A DNA stretch of 64,000 nucleotides, taken from Bdellovibrionales bacterium (GTDB taxonomy: Bacteria > Bdellovibrionota > Bdellovibrionia > Bdellovibrionales > UBA1609). The stretch covers positions 463,289-527,288 of the forward strand of contig OZ242172.1 in assembly GCA_965205645.1 (NCBI GenBank), in the 5' to 3' direction. The notes under the pieces are model-generated. The model searched no databases, had not been told where the DNA came from, and saw nothing but the letters and a program-made list of their open reading frames with translations. Below are positions 61,001 to 64,000 of the stretch, one piece after another. The number at the start of each line of letters is the position of its first letter. Positions within the stretch are counted from its first letter, which is position 1. Made by a program: the position numbers and the translations under genes.

Positions 61001-61050
61001 AAATAAAAATTTAATAAAAAGGATATAACTTAAAGAGTTAAAAGAGTAAA

Positions 61051-61126
61051 TGGTAGGAGGTGCCGGGATCGAACCGACGACATCCGCCTTGTAAGGGCGG
61101 CGCTCTACCAGCTGAGCTAACCTCCT
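61051..61126 (-). tRNA. tRNA-Val (TAC)
   Basis: 76-nt cloverleaf on minus strand, anticodon arm ccgcc-ct-TAC-aa-ggcgg, 3' ACCA. Confidence 0.96.
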
Positions 61127-61186
61127 ATACTTGATAATCTCTATATCCACACCTACCATACTGCTGTAATATCAAACATAACAATA

Positions 61187-62239
61187 TTATTTTTTCTTCA
61201 TCACAATTTTTTTCTGCCAACGGTTAACCGCTCTCCTGTGCTCCCGATAAGTTTTTGAAAATACATGAGTGCCATTGTTCCGACTGACAAAATATAAATA
61301 AGAAGAAGACGCTGGCGCAAACACCGCCCTCAAAGCCGCTTTCCCAGGATTAGCAATCGGACCAGCCGGCCAGCTAGATAGCTTATAAGTGTTGTAAGCT
61401 GTCTTTCTTAATATATCCCGCTTACGTATATTCGTCGGCATGACCCCCCCTCTCTCCTTCAGCATACCATATAAAATCGTAGGGTCGCTTTCTAAACGCA
61501 TCCTCTTCCGCAAACGATTGTAAAATACAGAAGCTATCAACGGTCTCTCCTTCGCTGCACCCGTCTCCTTCTCCACAATAGAAGCTAATATCACTAATTG
61601 ATGACGCGTTAAAGGCACCGGACGAGGTTTGAAAAAATGTGTGCGCTTTAACCGATTATATACAGATAAAAAACGTTGCACCATCTGACGAATCAGCGCT
61701 TCCGGACGAATCGGACGAGATATATAATAAGTGTCAGGAAATAAATAACCTTCCAAAGAATCCACCTTGCCAATGTTTAAACCCTTAATCCATCGTTTGT
61801 TATGGCTAAGATCAATAAAGCGCTTTTTATCCAAAAATCCACCCCTTGCTAATACCTCCGCTATTTCAAATAAATTGTATCCCTCCGGAAAAGTGATCTT
61901 GTGTAAACGAATATTGCCATTGACTAAAATATTTAATATCTCCGATGGAGAAGAACCCACTCTTAACTCATACTCCCCCGACCGTATCCGAATGCTTGCC
62001 CTCTTCCACCAAGCTAATAACTTAAACCGCCATATACTCTTGATCAGCCCTAACTGCTGCATCTCCTTAGCTACTTGATTAAGAGACATTCCCTTCTTAA
62101 TGTGAATCACCCGCCAACCAACTTTGTGGCCTACCACCCCCGATCGCGCGGATACTTTTTCACTGCCAACCGCTGATACAGTGCCATGAGCCAATAAGCT
62201 AAAAACTAATATGTATTTTAAAATATTACTGTTTTTCAT
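61187..62239 (-). CDS. mltG: Endolytic transglycosylase MltG (YceG family)
   Basis: TFPEG, LEGYLFPDTY, LASIVEKE, NRL..MRLESDPT, YNTY, GPIANPG, YLYFV. Confidence 0.95.
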   Translation of the reverse strand: MKNSNILKYILVFSLLAHGTVSAVGSEKVSARSGVVGHKVGWRVIHIKKGMSLNQVAKEMQQLGLIKSIWRFKLLAWWKRASIRIRSGEYELRVGSSPSEILNILVNGNIRLHKITFPEGYNLFEIAEVLARGGFLDKKRFIDLSHNKRWIKGLNIGKVDSLEGYLFPDTYYISRPIRPEALIRQMVQRFLSVYNRLKRTHFFKPRPVPLTRHQLVILASIVEKETGAAKERPLIASVFYNRLRKRMRLESDPTILYGMLKERGGVMPTNIRKRDILRKTAYNTYKLSSWPAGPIANPGKAALRAVFAPASSSYLYFVSRNNGTHVFSKTYREHRRAVNRWQKKIVMKKK

Positions 62240-62261
62240 TCTTCACCCAATATTATAATAC

Positions 62262-63260
62262 CTACCAATCAGCTATCCATAACTGATCCCCAAGCTCTAA
62301 CCCCCTCTGCTGACACTCCTTCTGAGAGACCATAAAACCATTACCTTCTACTAAGCTTCCCTTTACCATACCCCCAGTAAAACTCGCCGCATTCTCCCGA
62401 CCCCATAGCCACATTTGTACCGACTGTTCATCTCCATTGCTCACTTTTAATGAATCATCTACAATATATACTTTCTTAGCATGCTTGATAATAGGAATAT
62501 CCCGAGTCTTTGCCATGACACAAGCACCCCCATCTAATGGATCCACCTCATTGATAATATGAAAATTTTGCTGTTTTAACAAAGCTAAACCACGCTGACT
62601 GTAAAAACCCGGTCGACCAATATGCTTTTGTACCTCCATCGGTAAATCAGATAATAAAAATGGCTTTTTAGGAAAAGATGCAAATAATTTATTCCTATCT
62701 GTTAAAATTGTATCGTCTATGTTCCATATAGAATAATTCAACTGCTGTCGGATAAAATAGTTAATAAATGGATTTGATCGGTCCTTATCTAACCAAGGTT
62801 CAATGTCTGCACTTAAAGTATCTTCAAAATATTCCGGGTGCATGGCAACAAATAAAAATAAAATACCCATTAACTGTTTTCCTAATCGATCTGGATGACC
62901 ACGATAAGGCTTTGCCAATACAATTGCCCTCAAATAAGAAGCCCCATTCATATTTATCTTTACCTGTAAAAAAATATTTTTACCGTTAACAATTTCCATG
63001 GAATAACGAGGATAATCCTTTGTGCCCTCCTTCGCCGCAACCTGCGCAGTGCCCACAATATTTCCATTAGAATCTTTCATAACAAATAAAAAATTTCTTT
63101 TTTCTGTCTGCTCAAGACCAGCAAAAGAACGATCACTTAACTTTATTTTTTTTTTTAAAAGCTCTGCCTGTGACGGTAAATTGAGAAATAAATGATCTAA
63201 AGCTAACTGATGAAGCCCATTGTAATCAGCATCGCAGACAGAATGAATTAAAAAAGCCAT
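62262..63260 (-). CDS. astA: Arginine N-succinyltransferase-like protein
   Basis: NLP....L..KI..S..SF, FLFV, GKQL...FLF, DPLDGG; adjacent to a class III aminotransferase. Confidence 0.75.
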   Translation of the reverse strand: MAFLIHSVCDADYNGLHQLALDHLFLNLPSQAELLKKKIKLSDRSFAGLEQTEKRNFLFVMKDSNGNIVGTAQVAAKEGTKDYPRYSMEIVNGKNIFLQVKINMNGASYLRAIVLAKPYRGHPDRLGKQLMGILFLFVAMHPEYFEDTLSADIEPWLDKDRSNPFINYFIRQQLNYSIWNIDDTILTDRNKLFASFPKKPFLLSDLPMEVQKHIGRPGFYSQRGLALLKQQNFHIINEVDPLDGGACVMAKTRDIPIIKHAKKVYIVDDSLKVSNGDEQSVQMWLWGRENAASFTGGMVKGSLVEGNGFMVSQKECQQRGLELGDQLWIADW

Positions 63261-63262
63261 AC

Positions 63263-64000
63263 TTAATAAGTATCTCCCTGAGATAACACGTCTGCTAATA
63301 CAACTTGTAACGCTTGTATGTCTTTATTAGTGATCACAGCCGGCACTAACATCCGCACCCTCGCTCCCGAATCGGGAGAGACACTTCGCCGCGCCCCCGA
63401 ATCGGGGGGGGATACTTCGCCGCGATTCCTTGCACTCATGTCACTATCTTGTAAAGCATGTTTACTAATTGTCACCGGCGACCCGCCGCTGCCGCGATTC
63501 CTTGCACTCATGTCACTATCTTGTAAAGCATGTTTACTAATTGTTTGCGGCGACTCGCCGCTGCCGCGATTTCTTGCACCTATGTCACTATTTTGTAAAT
63601 TATTTTTATCAAGTGGTTGCATGGGCTCCAGCAATCCATCATTCGTAGAGGCAATATCTACACTACTATATACATCATGCTTGCCATTCATTAACGCTTC
63701 ACTGGATTTACTGCAAAAAAACGCAATCACTCCCTTTGTAAATAACTTTTGTAAAAATGCTAATGTATTTTTTTTAGAAGAATCCTTCAAAGTAAAAGCG
63801 ACCATTAAACCAAATACATCGTAATCTTGAATCCATCCACGCGAACACAATTCTTTAAACATTTGACGCAGTTGAACTTCTATCCGAGGAATACACTCTA
63901 AATATTTACTCTCCATTAATTCTAAAATTTTCATTCCTGCAGCTAAAGAAGACGTAGAAGAACAAAAAGTGCCAGCCACTAACCCAGGACGAGGATTATA
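63263..64000 (-). CDS. Class III aminotransferase (AstC/ArgD-like), C-terminal part, with a large in-frame insertion
   Basis: PGLVAGTF.., GLMVAF, GVIAFFC...[insert]...RVRMLVP; upstream of astA; 5' end outside window. Confidence 0.7.
   Translation of the reverse strand, partial: YNPRPGLVAGTFCSSTSSLAAGMKILELMESKYLECIPRIEVQLRQMFKELCSRGWIQDYDVFGLMVAFTLKDSSKKNTLAFLQKLFTKGVIAFFCSKSSEALMNGKHDVYSSVDIASTNDGLLEPMQPLDKNNLQNSDIGARNRGSGESPQTISKHALQDSDMSARNRGSGGSPVTISKHALQDSDMSARNRGEVSPPDSGARRSVSPDSGARVRMLVPAVITNKDIQALQVVLADVLSQGDTY
63362..63599. repeat. GC-rich palindrome-containing tandem repeats: 72-bp unit x about 2.5 (starts 63419, 63491, 63563) and 30/31-bp unit x2 (63362, 63392)
   Basis: gccgcgattccttgcactcatgtcactatcttgtaaagcatgtttactaattgt repeated; hairpins ctcccgaatcgggag, cccccgaatcggggg, gcggcgactcgccgc. 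Confidence 0.9.

Noticed and set aside
60911-61159. 82-aa ORF on the minus strand
   Set aside because: It overlaps tRNA-Val; spurious translation.
63419-63599. 72-bp periodic repeats as a CRISPR array
   Set aside because: The variable parts are near-identical to each other, the repeats lie in frame in a CDS, and no cas genes are present.

Overview
AT-rich bacterial chromosome segment. The gene content suggests a Bdellovibrionota-like organism (inference): GYF_2/TPR protein, short L24 beside L28, FliA-like promoter motifs, many orphan lipoproteins. Most of 1-47 kb and 61-64 kb is housekeeping: rpsR, rpmB, short rplX, hppA, alr, purH, greA, sdhB, feoAB, rph-rdgB-prs-rplY-pth, rmuC, mltG, astA, and three tRNAs (Ser-GGA, Ala-GGC, Val-TAC). 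Three accessory patches interrupt it. (i) 20.3-24.7 kb: a Fic/HTH islet bounded by a duplication of the sdhB 3' end, followed by an XRE regulator and a methyltransferase-Mrr-like fusion. (ii) 35.9-39.3 kb: a tRNA-Ser islet with a 16-bp att-like repeat carrying a reversed HipA-kinase/HipS-HTH module, next to a HAD hydrolase. (iii) 48-61 kb: a decaying island between tRNA-Ala and tRNA-Val with an integrase remnant, a duplicated lipoprotein leader, pseudogenes and many orphan secreted proteins; the G/C strand skew appears to flip across it. The most unusual signals are an in-frame, GC-rich palindromic tandem-repeat insertion in a class III aminotransferase (with polar loop insertions in several other housekeeping proteins), a WxxGx pentapeptide-repeat lipoprotein, and a coupled degenerate HK/GGDEF pair. 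All calls come from reading motifs by eye; no database searches were run.
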